The notes under the pieces: generated by a model
The model's input: only the letters and a program-made list of their open reading frames with translations
What the model was told of the DNA's origin: nothing
Databases searched by the model: none
Made by a program: the position numbers and the translations under genes
DNA from: Vicinamibacterales bacterium
GTDB taxonomy: Bacteria > Acidobacteriota > Vicinamibacteria > Vicinamibacterales > UBA8438
Length of the DNA: 64,000 bases
Reading direction: 5' to 3'
NCBI GenBank assembly: GCA_965214865.1
Contig: CBDCCN010000004.1
Coordinates: 2,801,300-2,865,299, forward strand
Shown: piece by piece, positions 16,902 to 25,635 of the stretch
How positions within the stretch are numbered: the first letter of the stretch is position 1
Layout of the letters: every line of letters starts with the position of its first letter

Positions 16902-17153
16902 ATGGCCGGCATCCGCTTCGACTGGGACGAACGGAACACACTGAACCGGCGCAAGCACGGGTGCCCCTTCGAAGAGGCCCGGTCGGTATTCCTCGACGAG
17001 TTCGCGCTCTTGATTGCCCGACCCGGACGTGTCGCACTCGGAAGAGCGATTCTGACGCTCATCAACCTGTATCTGCGGGACTGCGCCGCAAGGCGCAGGA
17101 AGCTCGCCGTGCTGTGGCAGGCGCCGGCCGACGAATCCGACGCCGCCGACTGA
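16902..17153 (+). pseudogene. brnT: BrnT-like (DUF497) toxin remnant
   Basis: The N-terminus MAGIRFDWDERNTLNRRKHGCPFEEARSVFLDEFALL matches the (F/W)DxxKxxxNxxKHGVSFEEAxxVFxD signature. The expected continuation LPDPDVSHSEERF is in a different frame and ends in TGA. No brnA follows. Confidence 0.55.
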
Positions 17154-17275
17154 CTGACCGCGCGGCCGGACCGAGAGCTTCGCCGCCGACAGCGGGGAGC
17201 GACGGGCGGGACCTCCGGATCCGGACCTCTCCGCGGGCTTCGCCGCCGCCCGCGGGGGGAGCGACCGGAGTCGTC

Positions 17276-18298
17276 CTATCGAGGAGGCAGCCGCTCCCAG
17301 CGGAGCGCGGTCACCACCTCGCGGCCCTCGTCGTCCATGCGCACCGGAGGCCGCAACGTGAGGTGTGTGTCGGTCAGCTCGTAGTAGCGCCGCACGTCCG
17401 TGCCGGTGCCTCGCGGATCCTCGCTGCCGACTCGATGATGGGTCAGATAGCCCTGGTCCCGCGGACCGGGACACGTGATGCAGCCCGCCATCTCGCGCAC
17501 CGAGTACGGGCCGAAGTAGCTTCCGTAGCTCTCGGTCAGGCGCAGCGCTTCGTCGGCGGTCGGTCGATCGCCGGTGTACGGCGTGCGGCCGGGTCGCATG
17601 AGGTGCACCGACATGTGTCCCGACGGCGTGTAGAAGAGGTAGGCGGTCTCGTACTGGTCGACCTCCACCGCATAGCCGTCGGTGGTGTGGCGGGAGACCG
17701 ACTCGATGCGGTACGCGCCGAAGAGTTGCCGGTGCGTATCGGTTGTCTCCGACGCCGGCAGCTCGGTTTGCCGCACCCAGGTCACGAGCGTTGTCGAACC
17801 GTCGGCGCCGGGAGGCGGCTGGAGGGTCAGGCGATCCTCGGTGAAGGCGTACGAACGCGGGTAGTCCGCGCCGACGCCGCGCGGGTCGAGGCTTCCCTCG
17901 ACGTGATGCGTGACGGTTTCCTCGGCCTCGTCGACGGTGAACCGCCCGAAGTACGACGTGTAGCTGCCGAACTGCGCGAGCGCCTCGTTCGTGGTCGGGC
18001 CGTCCTCCGGGTGCGCCGTCCGGTCGGGGCGCATGATCGTCACCCCCATATAGCCGGCCGCGTCGTAGATGAGGTATCCGAGACGGTCTTCGAGCGGCCC
18101 CGCCAGCGGCGCGCCGTCGGCGCCGCGCCGCTCGATGCCGGCCAGCGACCACGCGCCGACGAACCGGCGCTCTGTCGCGGACAGGGCCTCCGTCGGGGAT
18201 GCCCCGGCGGTGTCGGCGGGCCGGGCGGACTCGCCGCACGCGAAGAGAGCGACGACGAGTCCGACGACGGTCAGGAGACGAGCGCAACGCTTGGGCAT
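17276..18298 (-). CDS. lipoprotein with two tandem lipocalin-like domains
   Basis: Lipobox is LVVALFAC. Two repeats are present: FVGAWSLAGIERRGADGAPL...LGYLIYDAAGYMGVTIMRPDR...SYTSYFGRFTV and LFGAYRIESVSRHTTDG...YLFYTPSGHMSVHLMRPGR...SYGSYFGPYSV. It starts 11 nt after the cytochrome c gene. Confidence 0.8.
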   Translation of the reverse strand: MPKRCARLLTVVGLVVALFACGESARPADTAGASPTEALSATERRFVGAWSLAGIERRGADGAPLAGPLEDRLGYLIYDAAGYMGVTIMRPDRTAHPEDGPTTNEALAQFGSYTSYFGRFTVDEAEETVTHHVEGSLDPRGVGADYPRSYAFTEDRLTLQPPPGADGSTTLVTWVRQTELPASETTDTHRQLFGAYRIESVSRHTTDGYAVEVDQYETAYLFYTPSGHMSVHLMRPGRTPYTGDRPTADEALRLTESYGSYFGPYSVREMAGCITCPGPRDQGYLTHHRVGSEDPRGTGTDVRRYYELTDTHLTLRPPVRMDDEGREVVTALRWERLPPR

Positions 18299-18309
18299 GG
18301 GTGCCCCGG

Positions 18310-19122
18310 CTACGGCGTGCAGGCGGCGTCCAGGCTCGCCACAGTCGTCACGTTGATCACATCGGCGGCGTCCTCCCGCCGGATCAGGAAGCCCTTGGCC
18401 TCGATCCGGTGACCCTCGTAGGGATCCGGATCCGGAAAGACGTACATCAACTCGAACGTGTTGGTCCCGAGCGGCGTGGCCCGGGTGAGCGTAAGCACGT
18501 CGCCGGTCGAGGCGTCGGGGTCGCGCGTGCGGATCGGCTCGCTGCCGTCGGTGACGATCCAGGTGCGGTCGTCGCGGGCGAGGCAGCCGACCACCTGCAC
18601 CATGGCGAAGTTCGGCACCGCGTCGGGGCCGTCCGCGCCGTAGACGAGCACCTCGCCGGCGCGCTCGGCCGTCAACTCGGCCTCGCCGTGCGGGAAGTCG
18701 TTCACTTCAAGCAAGTAGGCGATGATGTCGACGTATCCCGCTTCCCCGAGGCTGCCTGCGGCCCCCGGCGGCATTGTCTTCGCCCGCGTGAGGACGCCGT
18801 CCAGCTTCAGGCCGCCCCAGTCGCGGATGAAGCTCTCGCCGGCCAGCGGTCGGGCGTTCGCACCCGAGAGATCCTCCCCGTGGCACCGGGCGCAGGTAGA
18901 CTCGTAGAGCTTCCTGCCGCGCGCCGCCTGCTCCCCCGAGTAGACGCCGTCCCAGACCGACGGCTCGCTCGTCTCCTGGGCCGCGACCGGGTAGGCGCCG
19001 GTGAGCGTCAGGGCGCCCATGCAGACGGCGGCCGCCGCGAAACCCGCGCTGACTTCCCGGCTTGCGGCGCGCCTGCAGAGGCTGGCGGCGCGCGTCTTCA
19101 CGCTCGACTTCCGCTTCTGCAC
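18310..19122 (-). CDS. c-type cytochrome domain protein with an unknown C-terminal domain
   Basis: GTG start at 19122 with GGGAGG 8 nt upstream. Heme motif is CARCH (KLYESTCARCHGEDLSG) followed by ...MPPG. The C-terminal ~150 aa are unassigned. Confidence 0.8.
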   Translation of the reverse strand: MQKRKSSVKTRAASLCRRAASREVSAGFAAAAVCMGALTLTGAYPVAAQETSEPSVWDGVYSGEQAARGRKLYESTCARCHGEDLSGANARPLAGESFIRDWGGLKLDGVLTRAKTMPPGAAGSLGEAGYVDIIAYLLEVNDFPHGEAELTAERAGEVLVYGADGPDAVPNFAMVQVVGCLARDDRTWIVTDGSEPIRTRDPDASTGDVLTLTRATPLGTNTFELMYVFPDPDPYEGHRIEAKGFLIRREDAADVINVTTVASLDAACTP

Positions 19123-19126
19123 GCCA

Positions 19127-19564
19127 CTACCTCCCGAGGTAGTCGTCCTCGCTGACCGGCTCCTCCCAGCTCGTCTGCCCGCTGACGAAGGTCAGTTGCA
19201 CGACGTGCTGGTCCGGCGCGGCCCCGTGCCAGTGGACGACCCCCGGTCCGGCGTACACCGGGTTGCCCGGCTCCATGATCTGCATCGGCTCCCCGCGGAC
19301 CTGGGTGCGGCCCTGGCCCTCTTCGGCCATGATGATCTGCCAGTTGCCGTGGCTGTGCCAGTTGGACCGCACCCCGGCTTCGAACCGCAGGCGGACGGCG
19401 CGGATGTCGGAAGCGTCCGGCCGCGTCGGCGCGCCCCCGACGAAGTTGCTCTGCGCGGCGGCGAGCGTCCCGCCCGAATCGGCGGCGACGTACAGGATCC
19501 CCGTTGCGGCGAGGCAGGCCACGGCCAGGCCGAGTCGAAGCTGTCTGCGTGCTTTCGGCGTCAT
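19127..19564 (-). CDS. cupin-domain protein with signal peptide
   Basis: ATG at 19564 (MTPKARRQLRLGLAVACLAATG) with GGGAG upstream. Cupin motifs are NWHSHGNWQIIMAEEGQG...PGVVHWHGA. Confidence 0.75.
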   Translation of the reverse strand: MTPKARRQLRLGLAVACLAATGILYVAADSGGTLAAAQSNFVGGAPTRPDASDIRAVRLRFEAGVRSNWHSHGNWQIIMAEEGQGRTQVRGEPMQIMEPGNPVYAGPGVVHWHGAAPDQHVVQLTFVSGQTSWEEPVSEDDYLGR

Positions 19565-19646
19565 TTCCCCACTCCCTCGTAGATCCGGGCTGGATTCGGC
19601 CAGCACGGCGTCGTCTGCGCCGGCGCCGTTCCCTGCGGCGCGGCGC

Positions 19647-20882
19647 CTAGTCGAGCGTCCAGAGCGTCAGCGACGAAACGTCCTTGATGAAGAGTCGGTT
19701 GCCCGACAGGGTCGGCGCCGTCCAGGTCTCGCTGTCGGCGACCTCGTAGCGCTTTATCGGTGAGAACCGGCTGCGGCTGTGGGCCAGGACCACCAGCTCG
19801 GCGTCGTCCTCCAGCGCGAGAATGGTGTCGCCGGAGCGCAGGATCGAGGCGTTCTCGGCCTGCCGCGGGGCGCTCGTCCAGAGGACCTCGCCGGTGTCGA
19901 GATCGAGGCCGAAGTACTGGCCGCTGTTCCGGTGCGAGAGCCCGTAGAGGACGCCGTCGTTGACGACGCCGTTGGTCATGTGCAGCGACACCTCGTCGGT
20001 GTGCCAGACGTTCGCGGTGGTCCAGCGGCCGCTCCCCGGGCGGACGCGGAACGCGGTCACCCCGTTCCCGCGGCCGTTCTCGATCACCATGTCCTCGTAG
20101 AGGATCGGCGTCTGCGAGGTGGTCGTGGCCGCCGTCGTGAACGGCCGGCTCCAGAGCAGCGCACCGGTTTCGAGCGACACGCCGACGAAGTGCTCCTGCG
20201 TGAAGACGACCACCTGCCGCGTCCCGCCCAGCTCGAACAGCATCGGCGAGCCGTAGGCGGGACCGTCGCCGTCCCAGCTCCAGCGCACCGCGCCGGTGGC
20301 GGCGTCGAACGCCGTCAACGCGCCGTCGTCGTGGCCGCCGACGTGGACGACGACCAGGTCGCCGTCGACGAGCGGCGACATCGACGTGTGGAAGAGCGGT
20401 GTGAGGCCGGTGCCCGGATACTGCCAGAGCTGCTCCCCGCCGGCCGCGTCGAAGGCGGTGACGGCGCCGGTCATGCCGTGGGTGAAGAGACGGCCGTCCG
20501 CGAACGTGGGCGTCGACTTCGGCCCCGCGCGATGCCGTGCGGTCGCCGGGTTCATGTTGAACGGCGCTGCGTAGCTCGTCCGCCAGACCGTCTCGCCGGT
20601 GGCGGCGTCGAGCGCGGTCATGACCTCGTCGTCGCCCTGCCGGGTGAACATGTACAGCCGGTCGCCGATGAGCACCGGGCTGGCGTAGCCGAGTCCGATC
20701 TCCACCGACCACTGCCGGCGCAACGTGTCCGGCCAGCTCGCCGGCACGTCGAAGGCCGCCGCCACGCCGTCGCGCGCCGGGCCGCGCCACTGCGGCCAGT
20801 CCTGCGCGGCCACGCTCGACACGACGCCGAACAGCAGCGCCGCGACCGCCACCACCATGAGTGCGCGCGAGAGATGTCTCAT
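19647..20882 (-). CDS. PQQ-like (BamB-like) beta-propeller repeat protein, secreted
   Basis: ATG at 20882 (MRHLSRALMVVAVAALLFGVVSSVAAQDWPQWRGP). Repeated ..A(L/F)DAATGE..W.. blades are present. Confidence 0.85.
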   Translation of the reverse strand: MRHLSRALMVVAVAALLFGVVSSVAAQDWPQWRGPARDGVAAAFDVPASWPDTLRRQWSVEIGLGYASPVLIGDRLYMFTRQGDDEVMTALDAATGETVWRTSYAAPFNMNPATARHRAGPKSTPTFADGRLFTHGMTGAVTAFDAAGGEQLWQYPGTGLTPLFHTSMSPLVDGDLVVVHVGGHDDGALTAFDAATGAVRWSWDGDGPAYGSPMLFELGGTRQVVVFTQEHFVGVSLETGALLWSRPFTTAATTTSQTPILYEDMVIENGRGNGVTAFRVRPGSGRWTTANVWHTDEVSLHMTNGVVNDGVLYGLSHRNSGQYFGLDLDTGEVLWTSAPRQAENASILRSGDTILALEDDAELVVLAHSRSRFSPIKRYEVADSETWTAPTLSGNRLFIKDVSSLTLWTLD

Positions 20883-21068
20883 CGTCGATTGCTCCAGATT
20901 CCGATCCGTGGTTCCGCTCCCGAGAGCGCCACCATTGTACGAGCATTCGACCGGCGCCGCGAGGATCACGCCGAGACGGCGTCGCGATGGGGGGGTGGAA
21001 GAAATCCGGGAACCGATGCAGAATCACGGCGCGGGCGGCGTCCGGGTCCGGGAACCGGAGGTGGTCGC

Positions 21069-21642
21069 ATGACACCGCATGCACGAATCAAGTTGCTCGC
21101 AATGGTGGTGGTCGCAGCCCTCGCCACAGCGCCCGGCGCTGCGCAGGAGCCGGACACGAACGTCGGAGGGGACGACCTGCGCGGCGTGGTCCGCAGCCCG
21201 GGCGGTCCGGAGGCGGGCGTCTGGGTCATCGCCGAGACCGACGACCTCGACACGCTGTTCCGGAAGAACGGGCCGGAGGCGACCGGCCGGCATTGCCCGG
21301 AGGGCTGGACCGGTACCCCACGCCCGGGCCGCAGATGAAGGCGTGACCGACCCGGGCAGCGCCGACTACCACTACAATTGGGTCGATCAGTTCGACACGC
21401 TCGGGTTGGGGACCAACGTGCCGAGCGCGCCCGGGTCCGACTCGCTGCCTGGCGTTGCTCCGGGAGACCGGCGAGTGGGTGGTGCTGCGGGTGCCGTATC
21501 CGCTCGGCTTCGCGCGCGGCCTGGACGGGAGGATCGACGATCCCGGCCCCGGCCGCCACCGGGGCCGGCGGTGGGATTGAAGCCGGACCTCGCTGCTTCA
21601 CATGCCGGTGTGGGCAGCCTCGTGAACGGGAGGACGAGATGA
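21069..21642 (+). pseudogene. remnant of a large secreted protein gene (N-terminal and C-terminal pieces only, three frames)
   Basis: Signal peptide + MTPHARIKLLAMVVVAALATAPGAAQ...LRGVVRSPGGPEAGVWVIAETDDLDTLFRK then loses sense. Later pieces sit in other frames: DPGSADYHYNWVDQFDTLGLGTNVP, and RETGEWVVLRVPYPLGFARGLDGRIDDPG (stop 21578-21580). The motifs resemble 700+ aa carboxypeptidase-regulatory-like proteins of Acidobacteria (from memory only). Confidence 0.45.
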
Positions 21643-22649
21643 GCTGTCGAATGACGACCTTCGCGGGTGCGATCCTGGGGGCGGCCGCGCTCCTGCCTCT
21701 GGCGGCGGCGCCCGCCGGCGCCCAGACCGAGCCGCCGCGGACCGCCTGGGGCGCGCCCGACCTCGGAGGTGTCTGGGACTTCCGGAGCATCACCCGGATG
21801 GAGCGGCCGGAAGCGCTCGCCGACAGGGAGTTCCTGACCGCGGAGGAAGTGGCCGACCTGGAGCAGCGTGCGCTCGACCGCCTGAACGACTTCCTGGATC
21901 TGCCGGCCCAGCGCACGGAGGTGGGCGGCAACGTCGACCGGCGGCCGGACGGCGGGAACGGCTCCTACAACCACACCTGGCTCGATCAGGGGCTGGAGGC
22001 GGTCGACACGGGCCGCACGTCGCTGATCATCGACCCGCCGAACGGACGGTATCCGCCGCTCACGCCGGAGGGGCAGCGCCGCGTGGAGGCGCGCCGGGAG
22101 CACCGGCGCAACCAGCCGGCCGACTCGTGGCTGGACTTCAGCACCTACGACCGTTGCCTCCTGGGCTTCAACGCCGGGCCGCCGATGACCCCGAGCGCCT
22201 ACAACAACAACATGCAGTTGTTCCAGACGCCGGACCACGTCGCCATCGTGACCGAGATGGTGAACACCGCGCGCATCGTCCCGCTCGACGGCCGTTCCCC
22301 GCTCCCCGCCGACATGCTCCAGTGGTCGGGCGAGTCGCGCGGGCACTGGGAGGGCGACACCCTGGTCATCGAGACGACGAACTTCGATGCCCGGCGGCAG
22401 TGGCGTTCCACGACCGGCAGCATGCACCTGACCGAGCGCCTGACCCGCGTCGACGCCGAGACCCTGCTCTACCAGGCCGCCGTCGACGACCCGGAAACCT
22501 GGGAGCGCCCGTGGACGTTCGAGGTGCCGATGAAGGCGCTCGACGGCGAGAAGTGGGAATACGCCTGCCACGAAGGGCACCACTCGATGCCCCTCATGCT
22601 GGGCGGCGCGCGCGCCCTGGAGGCGAGAGAGGCCGCTGGCGGCCGGTAG
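21639..22649 (+). CDS. secreted protein of the unnamed PDLQG/WEGDTLV family, copy P1
   Basis: The ATG at 21639 follows GGGAGGA. Signal peptide is MSCRMTTFAGAILGAAALLPLAAAPAGAQ. Motifs: PRTAWGAPDLGGVW, TSLIIDPPNGRYPPLTPEG, DRCLL, YNNNMQLFQTPDHVAIV, ARIVPLDGRSPLP, WSGESRGHWEGDTLVIETTNF, ERLTR, WEYACHEGH. Confidence 0.85.
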   Translation: MSCRMTTFAGAILGAAALLPLAAAPAGAQTEPPRTAWGAPDLGGVWDFRSITRMERPEALADREFLTAEEVADLEQRALDRLNDFLDLPAQRTEVGGNVDRRPDGGNGSYNHTWLDQGLEAVDTGRTSLIIDPPNGRYPPLTPEGQRRVEARREHRRNQPADSWLDFSTYDRCLLGFNAGPPMTPSAYNNNMQLFQTPDHVAIVTEMVNTARIVPLDGRSPLPADMLQWSGESRGHWEGDTLVIETTNFDARRQWRSTTGSMHLTERLTRVDAETLLYQAAVDDPETWERPWTFEVPMKALDGEKWEYACHEGHHSMPLMLGGARALEAREAAGGR

Positions 22650-22689
22650 CCGCGGCGCCCGCGGGCCGGGTCCCACCGCGAGCCGACCG

Positions 22690-22715
22690 GAGACGGATTC
22701 CCTGCAGTCCGTCTC
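22690..22715. terminator. hairpin between convergent genes
   Basis: GAGACGGA (22690-22697) and TCCGTCTC (22708-22715) form an 8-bp perfect stem with a 10-nt loop. It lies between the stops at 22649 and 22738. Confidence 0.3.
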
Positions 22716-22737
22716 GGAGGGCGCGCGGTGTTCAACG

Positions 22738-23700
22738 TCAGTAGATGGCCACCGGGGCGACGGTCGATCCGGTGGCGCCCTCGATCTTCAGCGGCTGCAC
22801 GACGAACGCGAACTCGTACACCCCGGCCGCGGCCAGCTCGTCGAGCCGCATCCGCTCCACCAGGTGGATGCCGTTGACCACCAGCATGATCTGGTGGATC
22901 GGCAACGAGAGCTCCGGGTCCGGGTTGGGCGAGACCTCGACCGGCTGGTTGTCGGCGCCCAGCAGCATCGGATCCCGTTCCACGAGCCACTGCGCCGCGG
23001 CTACGCCGATCCCCGGGTTGCCCGCCATGAAGCGCTCGGCGTCGGTATCCCAGAGCACGCCCCATCCGGTGTGGATCAGCACCGCGTCGCCCGGCTCCAA
23101 CCCCACGCCCTGCTGCTCCAGCGCCTGCTGCAGATCGTCCACCGTGATCTCGTACCGGTCGGGCAGCATGTCGACGCCCTTGAGCGCCGCCACGTCGATG
23201 AGCACGCCGCGCGTCATCAGCGTGCCGACGTTCTCGACGCCGAGCCGCGAGAACCCGCTCCGCGTCATGATCTCGTTCTGGTCGAAGCAGTTGTAGAGGC
23301 TGTCCCCGATGGTCTGGTGGGTGAACCCGTCGAACTGCGTGCCCACCTGGCCCATCTCGGTGACGACCAGCTCCTCGTTCGAGCCGCGGCGGTTGGAGCC
23401 GACGTTCATGCCGGTCGGCTTCATGTAGAGGTCGAAGTGCCGCGCGCCGAGCGGCATCGAGCTTCTCAGCACCTGGCCGAGCTCGACCACGCGTCCCGTC
23501 CGGATCAGGCGCGCCGCCCGGAGCACCGTGTCGGGGCCCATGTGGTTGGCGGCGCCCCGCTCGTCGCCGGCGCCCCACTTGCTGGGACAGCGCTCGTCGG
23601 GTGACGGCGGGGACCACGATTGGCCGGCGGTGGGGGTCGCCCCGACCAGTAGAACGGCGAACGAAGCAGCGGCGGCGACGGTGAAAGTGGCGGATCGCAT
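22738..23700 (-). CDS. cyclase-family protein with signal peptide, paralogue 2
   Basis: ATG at 23700 with GGAGGAAAGG upstream. Signal peptide is MRSATFTVAAAASFAVLLVGATPTAGQ. Contains MGQVGTQFDGFTHQ, GDAVLIHTGWG and a C-terminal FAFVVQPLKIEGATGSTVAPVAIY. Confidence 0.85.
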   Translation of the reverse strand: MRSATFTVAAAASFAVLLVGATPTAGQSWSPPSPDERCPSKWGAGDERGAANHMGPDTVLRAARLIRTGRVVELGQVLRSSMPLGARHFDLYMKPTGMNVGSNRRGSNEELVVTEMGQVGTQFDGFTHQTIGDSLYNCFDQNEIMTRSGFSRLGVENVGTLMTRGVLIDVAALKGVDMLPDRYEITVDDLQQALEQQGVGLEPGDAVLIHTGWGVLWDTDAERFMAGNPGIGVAAAQWLVERDPMLLGADNQPVEVSPNPDPELSLPIHQIMLVVNGIHLVERMRLDELAAAGVYEFAFVVQPLKIEGATGSTVAPVAIY

Positions 23701-23850
23701 GACCTTTCCTCCGTGAGGGTGTCTCCGGGCGCCGCCGATTCTACTGAAACGCGCCGGCCGCCAGCCACCGCCGGCACCGCGACCCTCCCGAAGCCGGTTG
23801 GACAGGAAGTGCTTCCGCCGCCGTGTCGGACGCGGCCGCCGCCGGCGGGT

Positions 23851-24348
23851 TTATCGCCGGCGGTTCACCGAGAAGTAGTCGTCGATGAACGCGTCCACGA
23901 TCTGCAGCACGACGCCCTGCACCTGCGGCAGGTTGCCTGCGCCGACCGTCCCCAGCGAGTCGAGGTCCCAGGTGTCGACGAAGGCCCGCTGCTGGTTGCC
24001 TTCGATGGTGACGAGCTGCTGCAGCGACACCCGCGCGAAGTAGGCGTACAGGCCGGTAGCGCCGCGGTGCGTCCCGACCCGCACGTAGAGATCGCCGGCG
24101 CGCTGCGAGCGGCCCAGCGGCACGCGCCGTTCCCGCAGGCGCGCCGCGACGGCGGCTTCGATGCCGTCGCGGGTCAACCCGGCCGCCTCGGCGTCCGGGG
24201 CGAGATCGTCGACGAAGACGTTGATCTCGCGCAGGTCGGTCAGGTACTCCCGCTCGTCGTCGTCCTGCGCGCCGGCCGGCGCCGCGAGCCCGACTCCGAT
24301 CGTCAGCGCGCCGGCCGCCATCGCCGCGGCTCGCAGAATCGCCGGCAT
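23851..24348 (-). CDS. small secreted hypothetical protein
   Basis: ATG at 24348 with GGAGGAA upstream. Signal peptide is MPAILRAAAMAAGALTIGVGLAAPAGAQ. The amino-acid composition looks protein-like. No family recognised. Confidence 0.6.
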   Translation of the reverse strand: MPAILRAAAMAAGALTIGVGLAAPAGAQDDDEREYLTDLREINVFVDDLAPDAEAAGLTRDGIEAAVAARLRERRVPLGRSQRAGDLYVRVGTHRGATGLYAYFARVSLQQLVTIEGNQQRAFVDTWDLDSLGTVGAGNLPQVQGVVLQIVDAFIDDYFSVNRRR

Positions 24349-24536
24349 GCTCCGTTCCTCCGCTGTGCAGGGGCCTCGGTTTCGTTGGCCGCGAGCGCGC
24401 GGCGTCGCTCCGCGGCGGCCTGATTCCTGCTCACCATTTATGGAGCGACCCGCTGATCGAATACCCCGGAAGTGACAGTGACCGGACGGTCGGAGCCCGG
24501 TCGCCGGACGGCGGCCCCCGAACGAGTCCGCGGCGG

Positions 24537-25484
24537 CTACTGCTGCACGTACTTGTGGAGCTCCGGCCGCACCGTGTCGGCGACGAAGATGTCGCCGTTC
24601 GGCGTCATCGTCATGTAATGCGCCTCGCCGAACTCGCCGAGCCCGCGGCCGGGCTGGCCGTTGGCGCCGACCGCCCTGCCGTTCTCGTCCAGCTCGAGGA
24701 TCTCGCCGGCGAAGCCGCTGACCATGTACATCGTGCCGTCGGAATGGATGTAGAGCCCGCACGGGAGTCCCTTGTAGGCCCATTCCCTGATGTAGTTCCC
24801 GTCGCTGTCGAAGATCTGAATGCGCCGGTTCTGCCGGTCGGCGACGTAGACCATCCCCTCCGTATCGATGACGATCGAGTGCGGCGTGTCGAACTCGCTG
24901 GGCCCCGTGCCGGCCTCGCCCCACGACTTCAGCAGCGAGCCTTCGGGGTCGAACTTCAGCACGTGCGGGTCGCCGCGCCCGTGGCCGACGAGCACGAAGA
25001 TCTCGCCCTCGAGGCCGATGGCGAGGTCGGTCGGCTCGTTCATCAGCGGCGTGTCGTCGGGGTCGATGGTCAGCAGCACGTCGCCTTCGGGATTCATCTT
25101 GCGCACGGTGTCGCCGTTGACGTCGGTAGTCCAGATGTGGCCTTCGGAATCGACGCGCATGCCGTGGGGCCGGTCGTACTGGCCCTGGCCCCAGGCGCGC
25201 ACGAAGGTGCCGTCCGGCTCGAACTCCATCAGCGGGTTCGGGCCGCGGTTGAACACGAGAATCCGGTTCATGGAGGTCCAGCCGACGCTGGACGGCGCGC
25301 CCATCTCGACGTCGTCCGGGATCTGCAGCCCGTGCGGCACGGGCCGATATCCCAGGTCCGGCGCGCCCTCCATCTGGGCGGGGTCGGGAGCGTCCAGCAC
25401 CTGGGCCCCGGCGCCGGCGGAGAGGCCGAGCGTGAGCGCGAGGACGGCGGCGAACGTCCGGTGAACGCGGCGTGCTGGCGACAT
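24537..25484 (-). CDS. secreted NHL-repeat / peptidyl-alpha-hydroxyglycine-lyase-like six-bladed propeller
   Basis: ATG at 25484 with GAGGAG upstream. Signal peptide is MSPARRVHRTFAAVLALTLGLSAGAGAQ. Motifs: PHGMRVDSEGHIWTTD, PTDLAIGLEGEIFV, PHSIVIDTEGMVYVADRQNRRIQIFD, AHYMTMTPNGDIFVAD. Confidence 0.85.
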   Translation of the reverse strand: MSPARRVHRTFAAVLALTLGLSAGAGAQVLDAPDPAQMEGAPDLGYRPVPHGLQIPDDVEMGAPSSVGWTSMNRILVFNRGPNPLMEFEPDGTFVRAWGQGQYDRPHGMRVDSEGHIWTTDVNGDTVRKMNPEGDVLLTIDPDDTPLMNEPTDLAIGLEGEIFVLVGHGRGDPHVLKFDPEGSLLKSWGEAGTGPSEFDTPHSIVIDTEGMVYVADRQNRRIQIFDSDGNYIREWAYKGLPCGLYIHSDGTMYMVSGFAGEILELDENGRAVGANGQPGRGLGEFGEAHYMTMTPNGDIFVADTVRPELHKYVQQ

Positions 25485-25635
25485 GGCAACTCCTCGGAGA
25501 AATACTGTCGAACGGCTCGCATTGTAGCACCCCCATCCCTGGTGTCCCGCACCGCGGGTTCCGCCGTCGCGGCAAGGGCGGAAGCCGGTGCGCGTGCTAC
25601 GCTTCAAGTCCGGCGACTTGACGGAGGGGGTGCCT

